Position numbers and translations under genes: made by a program. From the NCBI GenBank assembly GCA_016931325.1, contig JAFGFC010000001.1, forward strand, positions 1,419 to 65,418: 64,000 bases of DNA, given 5' to 3'. The stretch is from Spirochaetota bacterium (GTDB lineage: Bacteria > Spirochaetota > JAHITG01 > JAFGFC01). A model generated the notes under the pieces. That model was not told the origin of the DNA. It saw nothing but the letters and a program-made list of their open reading frames with translations, and made no database searches. Positions 50,926 to 60,554 of this stretch are shown here, in pieces (position 1 is the stretch's first letter; each line of letters opens with the position of its first letter).

Positions 50926-52310
50926 TAAAATTTTATAACTCGTTAAAAAAAAAATTAGAAAAATTTTCTCCCATTGAGGAAAAACGGGTAAAGATCTACT
51001 CCTGCGGTCCTACCGTCTATGATTATGCTCACATAGGTAATTTCCGTTCCTATATCTTTTCAGATCTTTTAAGAAGGTTTTTAAAATATAAAGGATACAA
51101 GATCAGCCATGTGATGAACATCACGGATGTTGATGACAAGACCATACACAAAGCTCAGAGAGAAGGAAAAAGCCTCCAGCAATTCACAAAAGAATACACA
51201 GAAGCTTTTTTCCATGATCTGAGAACTTTAAATATTGAAGAGGTTGAATTTTATCCCCGTGCCACAGAGCACATTGATGACATGGTCCGGCTTATAAAAA
51301 AACTGGAAAGAAAAGAACTCACATATATCTCAGAAGGTTCTGTTTACTTTAATATTTCCAGATTTCGCAAGTACGGCAATCTTTCAGGTGTTGATCTGGG
51401 CGGGATGAAGAAAGGCAGTCGCGTCGATCATGACGAGTACAAGAAAGACGACATAAAGGATTTTGTTCTTTGGAAGGCGAAAAAACAAGGAGAACCTTTC
51501 TGGAACACGGTTTATGGTGAAGGGAGACCGGGATGGCACATCGAATGCTCGGCCATGAGCATGAAGTATCTGGGCCCGACGCTGGATATCCATACCGGAG
51601 GCGTGGATCTGATCTTTCCCCATCATGAGAACGAGATCGCGCAGAGCGAAGGGGCCACAGGAAAACCGTTTGTACGGTACTGGTTGCACTGTGCTCATCT
51701 TATTGTTGAGGGGGAAAAGATGTCAAAATCGAAAAATAATTTTTTCACCCTGAGGGATCTTTTAAAAAAAGGATATACTCCGCGCGCTATCCGGTATCTT
51801 CTGCTTTCCGTGCATTACAGGAAACAGCTCAATTTTACAGAAAAAAGCGCAAAGGCTGCCACAGCCGCTGTTCTCAAGATCCAGAATTTCTATGACACAG
51901 TAAAAGAACTGCGACCAGACAATAAAAAAAATCATGGTGTTCAAAATAAATTAAGGCCTTTTCTCATTAATTTCGACAGGGAATTAGAGAACGATTTGAA
52001 TATTTCACCGGCTCTGGCCTCTCTTTTTGATTTTATCCATATGACCAACAGATTCATCATAGAGCAAAAGATCACTGAAAAAGACAAAGGATTTATCCTG
52101 AAGACATTGAAAAGAATCGACAACATTTTGGGGATACTGCAGGAAAAAGAGTCTGTTCCTGAAGAGGTATTAGCCCTTGTCAATGAGCGTGAGGAAGCCA
52201 GAAAAAGTAAGGATTTTAAAAAAGCCGACAGGATCAGGGACGAAGTGATAAAAAAAGGATTTGTCATTGAAGATACAAAAGAAGGCGCCAGAGTTAAGAA
52301 AATAGAGTAA
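50922..52310 (+). CDS. cysS: cysteine--tRNA ligase
   Basis: Class I aaRS HIGN (HIGH variant) and KMSKS motifs. About 460 aa. It follows cysE with a 4-nt overlap. Confidence 0.9.
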   Translation: MIKFYNSLKKKLEKFSPIEEKRVKIYSCGPTVYDYAHIGNFRSYIFSDLLRRFLKYKGYKISHVMNITDVDDKTIHKAQREGKSLQQFTKEYTEAFFHDLRTLNIEEVEFYPRATEHIDDMVRLIKKLERKELTYISEGSVYFNISRFRKYGNLSGVDLGGMKKGSRVDHDEYKKDDIKDFVLWKAKKQGEPFWNTVYGEGRPGWHIECSAMSMKYLGPTLDIHTGGVDLIFPHHENEIAQSEGATGKPFVRYWLHCAHLIVEGEKMSKSKNNFFTLRDLLKKGYTPRAIRYLLLSVHYRKQLNFTEKSAKAATAAVLKIQNFYDTVKELRPDNKKNHGVQNKLRPFLINFDRELENDLNISPALASLFDFIHMTNRFIIEQKITEKDKGFILKTLKRIDNILGILQEKESVPEEVLALVNEREEARKSKDFKKADRIRDEVIKKGFVIEDTKEGARVKKIE

Positions 52311-52377
52311 GGTCACCTTTTCTTATGCTTGTCTGTTTTTAAAAAGAGACAAGATATCAATAAGGGAAATAATCCGG

Positions 52378-54432
52378 ATGGGGATCCTATCAGAAAATTT
52401 GGTTTATAACCTGTGGTTCAGCTGGTCAAAACGGCTAGATCGATATTTTGTTTCTATTGATAAAGATTTCTGGGAAGCGTGTCATCATAATCCGGTTCTG
52501 TTTATTAAAAAGAAAAGGGATAATGCCGCGATAAATAAGTTGGCCCGGGAATTTGAGAATGAATACAGGGAATATATGGATAGCACTGATCTGTGGGGAA
52601 ATAAAATTTCTTTTCCCATTGCCTATTTTTCTGCGGAATACGGGCTGCATGAAAGTCTTCCTGTTTATTCCGGGGGGCTGGGGATTCTATCGGGTGATCA
52701 TCTGAAAAGCGCATCTGATCTGGGGATCCCTCTTATTGGCGTGGGATTGTTCTATAAAAGAGGTTATTTTGTTCAGAGTCTTGATAAAGAGGGGAACCAG
52801 ATCGCCCTTTATCCGGTTTCGCGCATGGATGATCTTCCGGTTCGTCCGGTCCTTGACAGAAAAGGGAATAGATTGATCATCTCTCTTCCCATGGGTGGAA
52901 CAAATGTTTATACCCAGGCCTGGCTTGTCAATGTGGGCAGGGTGAAGTTATATTTTCTCGATACAGATATAAAAGAGAATAAAGAAGGAGATCGCGGGAT
53001 AACCTCACAGCTGTATCAGGGAGCCAAGGGAAACGAAATCAGGATCAGGCAGGAGATCCTTCTGGGGATGGGGGGTGTGAAACTTTTGAGAGCGTTAAAT
53101 ATCGATCCAAAAGTCTGGCATATCAATGAGGGACATTCGGCCTTTTTAATACTGGAACTGGCTAAAGAAGAGATGGAAAACAATACTCTGTCTTTCGATC
53201 AGGCCCTGTGCAGGGTAAGAAAAAGGATCCTTTTTACCACGCATACCCCTGTTAAAGAAGGGCATGAGAATTTTCCCAGGCTTTTGATGGAAAAATATTT
53301 CAAAGGATATCTTAAAACAGATGGTCTTTTAAAGACGGGTAATTTCGCTCATGAAAAAAACCCTGAAAATTTCAGTATGACCATACTGGCTTTGAAATAC
53401 TCTGCCAGGGCCAATGCGGTCAGCCGGATCAATGCTCAGGTCTCAAAACAGATGTGGGCAGAACTGTGGCCTGAAAAAACCGAGCAGGAGATCCCCATTG
53501 ATGCTATTACCAATGGAGTTCATCATTCCACCTGGGTGGCTGATCTTTGGGATGATCTGTTCGTTCGATACATTGATGCTCATTGGAGGGACAGGGTGGA
53601 TCAACGATCCCTGTGGGACCGGGTTAGAGATATTCCCTCTGAAGAGATCTGGGATAGGCATGTTCGATTAAAGCAGAGGTTGACAGATTATGTCAGGCAG
53701 GCGATCCAGGCTCAGCACGCCAGAAATAAGAGTGAACCAGAGATTATAGAACAGGTAATGAAGGAACTGGATAAAGAGGCTTTGATTATCGGCTTTGCTC
53801 GCCGGTTTGCGGTGTACAAGAGAGCCACATTGATATTATCAGATGAAAGTGCGTTAAAGCAAATACTGTTGAATGAAACTCATCCCGTACGTCTTATCTT
53901 TGCAGGGAAGGCTCATCCGGCGGATCTGAAAGGCCAGGAATTTCTAAAAATGATCTATCATTATTCCTTAAAGCCCCTGTTCAGAGGAAAAATATTATTT
54001 TTAGAGAATTATGATATATCTGTGGCCAGATATCTTACTCAGGGAGCCGATGTGTGGCTCAATAATCCGCGAAAGCCTTATGAAGCTTCGGGAACAAGCG
54101 GCCAGAAGGCCGGCATGAACGGAGTATTGAATTTCAGCCAGCTGGATGGCTGGTGGCCGGAGGCTTACAATGGAAAGAACGGCTGGGCTATTCCCGGCGA
54201 TGAAGATGAAGCCATAGAAAATGATATGCGGGATAAAAGGGAGGCGGAATCGATCTACAAAATATTGAACACCCGGATCATACCCTGTTTTTATAACAGG
54301 AATTCCAGCGGCATCCCTGTCCAATGGATCGATATGATGAAAGAATCGATTCTTACTGTGATGCCTGTCTATAATACTCATAGAATGGTCAAAGAGTACT
54401 GTGAAAAATATTATTTTCCCCTAATGAAATGA
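52378..54432 (+). CDS. glgP: alpha-glucan (glycogen) phosphorylase, GT35 short form
   Basis: 684 aa. The PLP-binding region is GKAHPADLKGQEFLKMI. Typical bacterial alpha-glucan phosphorylase architecture. Confidence 0.85.
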   Translation: MGILSENLVYNLWFSWSKRLDRYFVSIDKDFWEACHHNPVLFIKKKRDNAAINKLAREFENEYREYMDSTDLWGNKISFPIAYFSAEYGLHESLPVYSGGLGILSGDHLKSASDLGIPLIGVGLFYKRGYFVQSLDKEGNQIALYPVSRMDDLPVRPVLDRKGNRLIISLPMGGTNVYTQAWLVNVGRVKLYFLDTDIKENKEGDRGITSQLYQGAKGNEIRIRQEILLGMGGVKLLRALNIDPKVWHINEGHSAFLILELAKEEMENNTLSFDQALCRVRKRILFTTHTPVKEGHENFPRLLMEKYFKGYLKTDGLLKTGNFAHEKNPENFSMTILALKYSARANAVSRINAQVSKQMWAELWPEKTEQEIPIDAITNGVHHSTWVADLWDDLFVRYIDAHWRDRVDQRSLWDRVRDIPSEEIWDRHVRLKQRLTDYVRQAIQAQHARNKSEPEIIEQVMKELDKEALIIGFARRFAVYKRATLILSDESALKQILLNETHPVRLIFAGKAHPADLKGQEFLKMIYHYSLKPLFRGKILFLENYDISVARYLTQGADVWLNNPRKPYEASGTSGQKAGMNGVLNFSQLDGWWPEAYNGKNGWAIPGDEDEAIENDMRDKREAESIYKILNTRIIPCFYNRNSSGIPVQWIDMMKESILTVMPVYNTHRMVKEYCEKYYFPLMK

Positions 54433-56444
54433 AGAGTCAGAATAATTTAAATCAGATCCTTCACCTTTTAAAAAAAAACAGAAAGAACATATCCTGTCCT
54501 GTTCCGTCCTTCTGGGCCTGGCCGGGAATTGATTTTTCAGGCAAAGTAAAACAGGCCAATCTCTTTGATCTGCTGATAGCCTTGATAAAAAATATCCTTC
54601 AGAACGATCACAAACAAAACCCAAAGGATCCCCGGCCTTTGGTAATCTACGGATCCCTGATCAGAACGACCTGCGCCTATGATTTTGACGGGGATGGGAA
54701 ATTGTCCTTGAATAGAAACAACCTGCGAGAAAGCGGGACGTTTTTACGAATGATCCTGTTGTTGCCTTTTTTGAAAAGGATGGGGATCAATATGATCTAT
54801 TTATTGCCTGTGACCCGATCCAGCCGGCAATACCAAAAGGGTGAGGCCCCCTCTCCTTATTCCGTAAAAAATCATCTTAAACTGGATGAAGCCTTCCATG
54901 ATCCCATGGTGGGACTGTTCTCAGAGAAAAAGCTGGACCTGCAGTTCAAGTCCTTGATCGAAGCCGCGCATCGTATGGGAATAAAGATCATTATTGATTT
55001 TATTCCCCGCACGGCCGCCAGGGATCACGATCTGATCCTTCAAAGACCGGGGTGGTTTTACTGGATAAAAAAAGATAGTGAAGATAAGTTTTATCCCCCT
55101 TTTATCAAAGGCGTTCCCTGTACCCCTTTTTCAAGACAGTATAATAAAAGCATTTATGCATCCTTAATAACGCAGGAATTCTTATCACATTTCACTTTCT
55201 CTCCTGACCTTATCGACAGGAAAAAATGGCAATGGCTGGTAGCCAAGGTAAAAAGAGAGAAAATACCTGATTTTCTGGATATGATCAGTGAAACGTTCCA
55301 TGTAACTACGGCTCCTGGTTTTTCAGATGTGATCAATGACCCTCAACCTTTATGGAAAGATATTACATTCCTCCGCCTCCATTTTGATCATCCTGTGGAC
55401 GCTGTCCCTTTTTTAAAGAAAGACCAGCCCCCGTATATACTTTATGATGTTTTGAAATCCAGCCGTTCAAGGTTCAATAGGCCGAATGAAAAGCTGTGGA
55501 ATTATTTATGTGATATTCTCCCCTTTTATCAGAAAAAGTACAGGATCGATGGAGCCCGTATTGATATGGGACACGCTCTGCCCCCTGAGTTAGAGAAACA
55601 TATTCTGCACAGGCCTGTCAAGAGAGATCCCGGGTTCTTTCTTATGTCCGAGGAGTTGGATATGGGTAATTCAGCCAGGGCCAGAAGGATGGGGTATCAT
55701 ATGATCGTGGGCAATTTATGGGCGCAGCAAGCCAGATGGAAAAACGGGAACATAAAAACATCTTATAAAAACGATCTCATGAATCTGTCCCTGCCGGTTC
55801 TGGGCAGCGCTGAAACACATGACACGCCCCGTTGTATTACAAGAAGCAAAGATCCCCGCTTTTATTATTTTGTCACTGTGTTGAATTTTTTTCTTCCCAA
55901 CACGGTTCCCTTTATTAATACAGGATTTGAAATAAAAGAAAAACAGCCCATGAACATGGGGCTGGATACTGATTTCTGTGATCTGCATCTTTTACCAAAA
56001 AAGGATCCCAATTATGGCAAACTGGCCTTATTCGATCATACCTTTTTACATTGGGAAAACAGCAGTACTCTGTTCATGTCACTGGTATCAAAATGCCTAT
56101 GGATAAGAAAATCATTCCCTGTCCTGAGCCGGTTTCAGGCTTTTCGGGATGTCAAACTATCTCCGGAGAATCAATATACTTTCAGCTTTCTCTATCCTTT
56201 TAAAAATGGCTTTGTTTATATCATAATTAATTCTCATCTTAAAAAAGACTTTACTGTCAGTTTTAAAATACCCGGAAGAGATTGGTGTTTTCATTCCCTT
56301 CTTGATACAGAGGCATTCTTTGAAAAAAAAGAATTCTGCGACGATAATATCCACAGCCGGATAAAACGAAAAAACAGGACATATCAGATCAGGTTAAAAA
56401 AGGCGCAGATCCATATCCTTCATCTAATCCCTTTCAACCGATAA
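54429..56444 (+). CDS. GH13-like alpha-amylase family protein
   Basis: Candidate GH13 regions: I IIDFIPRTAARDH, II GARIDMGHALP, III FLMSEELD, IV GSAETHDT. Translationally coupled to glgP (ATGA overlap). Confidence 0.5.
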   Translation: MKSQNNLNQILHLLKKNRKNISCPVPSFWAWPGIDFSGKVKQANLFDLLIALIKNILQNDHKQNPKDPRPLVIYGSLIRTTCAYDFDGDGKLSLNRNNLRESGTFLRMILLLPFLKRMGINMIYLLPVTRSSRQYQKGEAPSPYSVKNHLKLDEAFHDPMVGLFSEKKLDLQFKSLIEAAHRMGIKIIIDFIPRTAARDHDLILQRPGWFYWIKKDSEDKFYPPFIKGVPCTPFSRQYNKSIYASLITQEFLSHFTFSPDLIDRKKWQWLVAKVKREKIPDFLDMISETFHVTTAPGFSDVINDPQPLWKDITFLRLHFDHPVDAVPFLKKDQPPYILYDVLKSSRSRFNRPNEKLWNYLCDILPFYQKKYRIDGARIDMGHALPPELEKHILHRPVKRDPGFFLMSEELDMGNSARARRMGYHMIVGNLWAQQARWKNGNIKTSYKNDLMNLSLPVLGSAETHDTPRCITRSKDPRFYYFVTVLNFFLPNTVPFINTGFEIKEKQPMNMGLDTDFCDLHLLPKKDPNYGKLALFDHTFLHWENSSTLFMSLVSKCLWIRKSFPVLSRFQAFRDVKLSPENQYTFSFLYPFKNGFVYIIINSHLKKDFTVSFKIPGRDWCFHSLLDTEAFFEKKEFCDDNIHSRIKRKNRTYQIRLKKAQIHILHLIPFNR

Positions 56445-56503
56445 TAACTCTTATACTATAGCCCCCGGTCTGCCGATATATAAAAAAAACGAGGCAAAAA
56501 GTC

Positions 56504-58225
56504 TTGTTGGTATTTATTATACTCATTCAGATCATTGTGGGGCTTGTTATTATCTACATGTTCTATGTTAATCCATCCATGAATCCTTTTAATCGGGCCA
56601 TGAAATTCCTGGAAATAGGGAATATAGATGAGGCTATCCTTGAATTCACCCGGTCAATTGAAAAGGACCCCCGGAATCATATAGCCCATTTCAAACTGGC
56701 CCATCTTTATCTGCAAAAGGATGTGCTTTTAAAGGCCGAGGAGCATTTTAAAAAAGTACTGGAAATAGGGAAATTTTCTGAAGAGATCAAAAGGCTGGAT
56801 ATTCTGAAAGAGATCGCCAGGATCTGTTTTGATCTAAAGAAATATGAAGAAGCCTTTCTTGCTCTGAAAGAGATCCTGACAATTTTTCCCTCTGACTATA
56901 TGGGAAATTTCTATATGGGGTTGATCCATGCCGGCCAGCTGGTCTATGAAGAGGCCAGTCAATATTTTAAAAAAGCCATCAGTTCCAGGCCCAATGATAT
57001 CGAATCACGGGTCAATTCCGCCTTATGTCTGATTCAAATGCAGGATCTGAATTCAGCCATCAGGGTTCTGGAAGAAGCCAATCAAAAGGCGCCTGATAAC
57101 GAGAAAGTAAAATTTTATATGGGTGTCTGCCTTTATATGGCCAAGATCTATAAACGCTCCATTGACTTTTTGTTACCTGTTCTGAAAGCAACGAGTGACA
57201 CGAAAATAAAATATTTCTGTTACCGGCTTATCGCCTCATCATTCTTCTTTCTTAATGAATATGAACGTGCCAGGGAATATCTGGATTCCGGGATGGAATT
57301 TGTCAAGCTGAATTCTTTAATGGAGGAATACAAGACCCTTCTTTTTGATTATGGTATGCTGAATGCTGTTACTGAAGATTATCATCAGGCCCATGAAAAG
57401 TGGAAAATACTCGAACTGATCGATCATACATACAGGCATCTGGAAGACCTGTTCGCTTATATTGAATTAAAGACCCGGCCCGTTAAGGAGGAAGAAGAGG
57501 AACAGATCGATCAATATCTGACCCCGGCGGCGGCTTCTTATTTCAGGACATCCCAGAGGGTCATTGGCATGGAAGAAGAGACAAAAGAGATTTCAGAAGA
57601 CGAGCGGGTGGAGGAGGCCTTTGAGGATATTAAGAAGGAATGGTTTAATTCCTTTATTCCCGAGAATTTCTTATGGAAAATGGGCGGGTTGACCAGCACA
57701 AAGCGGTTTAATATCGAAATGCTGACAGGCAAGGAAAAGCTGGATAATGTTCAAAAAAGAACAGGTATTTTTGATGGCCCTGGTCTGATAAAGGAGTTCA
57801 TGAACCTTGACAGACGGCAGTTCGAAGATGTGGGACGCAGGATCGTGCAGAAATTGGGGTACACCATAGTGAAATTGAATTTCAAGCCGACGATCGCTGA
57901 TTTTGTCGAGGGGGATGGTATCGATTTTGTGACAAAAGAACCGGGAAGCGGTCAGATGGTCCTTATCCAGCTCAGGCGTTGGGATCAGGGCAAGGCAGGA
58001 GAGATCCCCTTGAGGAACATGACACAGAATATGGCAGAGGAAAAGGCCAGAAAGGGGATATTTATTGTGCCGGCTGAACTGACCGAAGGGGCAGAAAAAT
58101 TTCTGCAAAAGATGAAAAATATCACCGTGTTTACTGAAAGGGATATGCCCAGGCTTTTAAGAGGGACAATGGATTTCAGCCAGACCAGTCCGGGAAGTAG
58201 CGTTACCGGATCACAGCAAAAATGA
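56504..58225 (+). CDS. TM + TPR protein with C-terminal Mrr_cat (restriction endonuclease-like) domain
   Basis: N-terminal TM (TTG start, uncertain). Several TPR repeats. The C-terminus matches the Mrr_cat layout (FEDVGRRIVQKLGYTIV...DGIDFV...QLRRW...KGIFIVPAELTEGAEKF). Confidence 0.6.
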   Translation: MLVFIILIQIIVGLVIIYMFYVNPSMNPFNRAMKFLEIGNIDEAILEFTRSIEKDPRNHIAHFKLAHLYLQKDVLLKAEEHFKKVLEIGKFSEEIKRLDILKEIARICFDLKKYEEAFLALKEILTIFPSDYMGNFYMGLIHAGQLVYEEASQYFKKAISSRPNDIESRVNSALCLIQMQDLNSAIRVLEEANQKAPDNEKVKFYMGVCLYMAKIYKRSIDFLLPVLKATSDTKIKYFCYRLIASSFFFLNEYERAREYLDSGMEFVKLNSLMEEYKTLLFDYGMLNAVTEDYHQAHEKWKILELIDHTYRHLEDLFAYIELKTRPVKEEEEEQIDQYLTPAAASYFRTSQRVIGMEEETKEISEDERVEEAFEDIKKEWFNSFIPENFLWKMGGLTSTKRFNIEMLTGKEKLDNVQKRTGIFDGPGLIKEFMNLDRRQFEDVGRRIVQKLGYTIVKLNFKPTIADFVEGDGIDFVTKEPGSGQMVLIQLRRWDQGKAGEIPLRNMTQNMAEEKARKGIFIVPAELTEGAEKFLQKMKNITVFTERDMPRLLRGTMDFSQTSPGSSVTGSQQK

Positions 58226-59054
58226 ACGGATCCGGTTTTTCTTTCCCCCCGCTATCTTTGGTGAATTCCAGGATAGCCACATAGACTCCGCTTAACACCA
58301 GGATACCTTTACCGTTCTTGCCGTCCCATGTAGCATTCAGGGTAGAGTCCTTAAAGTAAGGCTCGTCACTCTGGATGATCCTGACCAGATTATAGTTAAT
58401 ATCATATATCTTCAGGCTGGCTCTTCCGGCTTCCTTGATATCATAATAGAACCGTATGGCTGAAGAATCATCCTCTTTTTTAAAAGGGGAGGGCGCCCCG
58501 TAAAAACGGTCGGTATAGAGAGGAAAAAACTCTCCTTCTTTTTTCTCAGGTATATTGGTGGCCGTGATACGCAGGAAATTAATGAAAGGGGTTCTGTCAG
58601 GAGGTGGTACAGAATTAGCCTGTAATACAGCTTTTAACTGTATGGTTCCGCTGGTGATAAATGAGATACCATTTCTTGAGAATCCTGCTCCAGCAGGGGT
58701 ATTAATTGTGTAGGTTTGCCAGTTTTGACCATTTGTAATAATAATAAAAATGCGGGGTTGAGAACCGCCACTGCTATTTGTTATTTTTGTGGAAAAATCG
58801 ATGTATTCCCATTTATAATTGGATAGAAGAACAATATTTGTACTAATAACATAACCGGTAATACTTGCCGCGATGGTATCAAGTTGAACATAGTTCGTAC
58901 CCAGATTTGTTACGATACGCACATTGTTCGTGCTTAAAAGATTCGATGTGCTCAAGTTTGTAAAAGGCTCATAAAAGAGTACAACCTGTTGAGCCCAGGA
59001 TTCAGCAGAAAAAATGAGCAATAATGTAAACAGTATTAATAAGATCTTCTTCAT
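58203..59054 (-). CDS. secreted protein with T9SS-type (Por_Secre_tail / FlgD-Ig-like) C-terminal sorting domain
   Basis: Signal peptide MKKILLILFTLLLIFSAESWA. The C-terminal ~80 aa fit the T9SS CTD pattern (LKIYDINYNLVRII...ATWDGKNGKGILVLSGVYVAILEF). Confidence 0.55.
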   Translation of the reverse strand: MKKILLILFTLLLIFSAESWAQQVVLFYEPFTNLSTSNLLSTNNVRIVTNLGTNYVQLDTIAASITGYVISTNIVLLSNYKWEYIDFSTKITNSSGGSQPRIFIIITNGQNWQTYTINTPAGAGFSRNGISFITSGTIQLKAVLQANSVPPPDRTPFINFLRITATNIPEKKEGEFFPLYTDRFYGAPSPFKKEDDSSAIRFYYDIKEAGRASLKIYDINYNLVRIIQSDEPYFKDSTLNATWDGKNGKGILVLSGVYVAILEFTKDSGGKEKPDPFIFAVIR

Positions 59055-59295
59055 CAGAAATTAATATATCACAAAATACGTAAAATTCAACTACTATTTA
59101 GTATCGGATTTTAACATATGGTTACTTAATTATATTTAACACATTATTATTACAAATTACAGAACGCAATATTTAAAAGTGACATATAGGTAATTTAACG
59201 TTTTTGGATTTTTTGTTTAATAAGTATATAAAAACGATACACCAGAAACGAAAAACCATTTAATGTCTAAACGTAGTTTGTTTCAATAAAAGTGT

Positions 59296-59324
59296 TTGAC
59301 AAAAAAGAATGGATTAACTATATT
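59296..59324 (+). promoter_or_regulatory. sigma-70-type promoter (TTGACA-17-TATATT) upstream of the PPi-PFK gene
   Basis: TTGACA at 59296-59301, TATATT at 59319-59324, AGGAGGA RBS at 59342-59348, ATG at 59352. Confidence 0.6.
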
Positions 59325-59351
59325 TCGCAAAAATCGAATGAGGAGGATCCA

Positions 59352-60554
59352 ATGGGTGCGAAAGGAAATCTTATAATAGGACAGTCTGGAGGGCCTACCC
59401 AGGTGATCAATCAATCCCTTGTGGGGGCTGTCCTGGAGGCCTTGAAACATGACAATATTGACGGGATATACGGGATGGTCAACGGGGTTCAGGGACTTTT
59501 GGACGAAAAGATCATAGATCTGAGAAAAGAGAAAAAAGAAGATCTGGAAAAAGTCGCCATGTCTCCCGGAGCGGCTCTGGGTTCCTGCCGTTACAAACCC
59601 ACCCAGGAAGATTGTGAAAAGATATTCAACATCTGTAAAAAGAAAAATATCCGGTATTTCTTCTATATTGGTGGTAACGATACAGCGGAGACAGCCAATA
59701 TCATCCATGATATCGCTTCAGAAGAAGGTTATGATCTGGGGATCTTTCATGTTCCCAAGACCATTGATAACGACCTGAGAGAGACGGACCATTGTCCGGG
59801 ATACGGCAGCGCCAGCCGGTATGTCAGCCTTCTTTTCAAAGGCGACAATCTTGACAACCTTTCTTTAAAAGGCATCAAATTGAATATCGTGATGGGACGT
59901 AATGCCGGATGGCTCACGGCGGCGGCCGCCCTGGCAAGGGAAAATGAGGGCGATGGCCCTCATCTTGTTTATGTTCCAGAAAGGCCGGTTACAATGGAAA
60001 CCATGGCGAAAGATATTGAAAAGGTCTATCAAAAGCACGGACGGGCTCTGGTCGCTGTTTCCGAAGGTTTGAGGAATACGGACGGGGAACTGATGATCAA
60101 ATCAAAATTAAAGGAGCAGGATTCCCATGGCAATGTTCAGCTCAGCGGGTCCGGGACTCTGGGAGATTTTCTGTCAGCCGAGATCAAAGCCATGCTGGGA
60201 GGAAAATTAAGAGTGAGGGCGGATACCCTCGGATATGCCCAAAGGGCCTTTATGGGTGTTTATTCTGAAGTGGACGCCAGGGAAGCCAGACAGGTGGGAG
60301 AAGCGGCTGTTCGTTTTGCCGCCGGAGGTGAAACCAGCGGCAGCGTGATCATTAAGCGTCTGGGTAATGGCCCTGATTATGCGGTGGAGATGGGATTTAC
60401 CGATCTTGAGAAGGTGGCACGTGTGACCAAAGATATGCCGAATAAATTTGTCACAGGAGACAATGATGTATCAAATGCTTTTATCGAGTACCTGAAGCCA
60501 TTGGTAGGAGATCTTCCGCCTGCGGGAAGATTGAATTTCCATTCAATAAAATGA
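59352..60554 (+). CDS. pfp: pyrophosphate-dependent 6-phosphofructokinase (PFK family)
   Basis: GNLIIGQSGGPTQVIN, YIGGNDTAETA, PKTIDNDL and MGR are PFK active-site motifs. The start is probably ATG 59352 (MGAKGN) rather than 59292. Confidence 0.8.
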   Translation: MGAKGNLIIGQSGGPTQVINQSLVGAVLEALKHDNIDGIYGMVNGVQGLLDEKIIDLRKEKKEDLEKVAMSPGAALGSCRYKPTQEDCEKIFNICKKKNIRYFFYIGGNDTAETANIIHDIASEEGYDLGIFHVPKTIDNDLRETDHCPGYGSASRYVSLLFKGDNLDNLSLKGIKLNIVMGRNAGWLTAAAALARENEGDGPHLVYVPERPVTMETMAKDIEKVYQKHGRALVAVSEGLRNTDGELMIKSKLKEQDSHGNVQLSGSGTLGDFLSAEIKAMLGGKLRVRADTLGYAQRAFMGVYSEVDAREARQVGEAAVRFAAGGETSGSVIIKRLGNGPDYAVEMGFTDLEKVARVTKDMPNKFVTGDNDVSNAFIEYLKPLVGDLPPAGRLNFHSIK

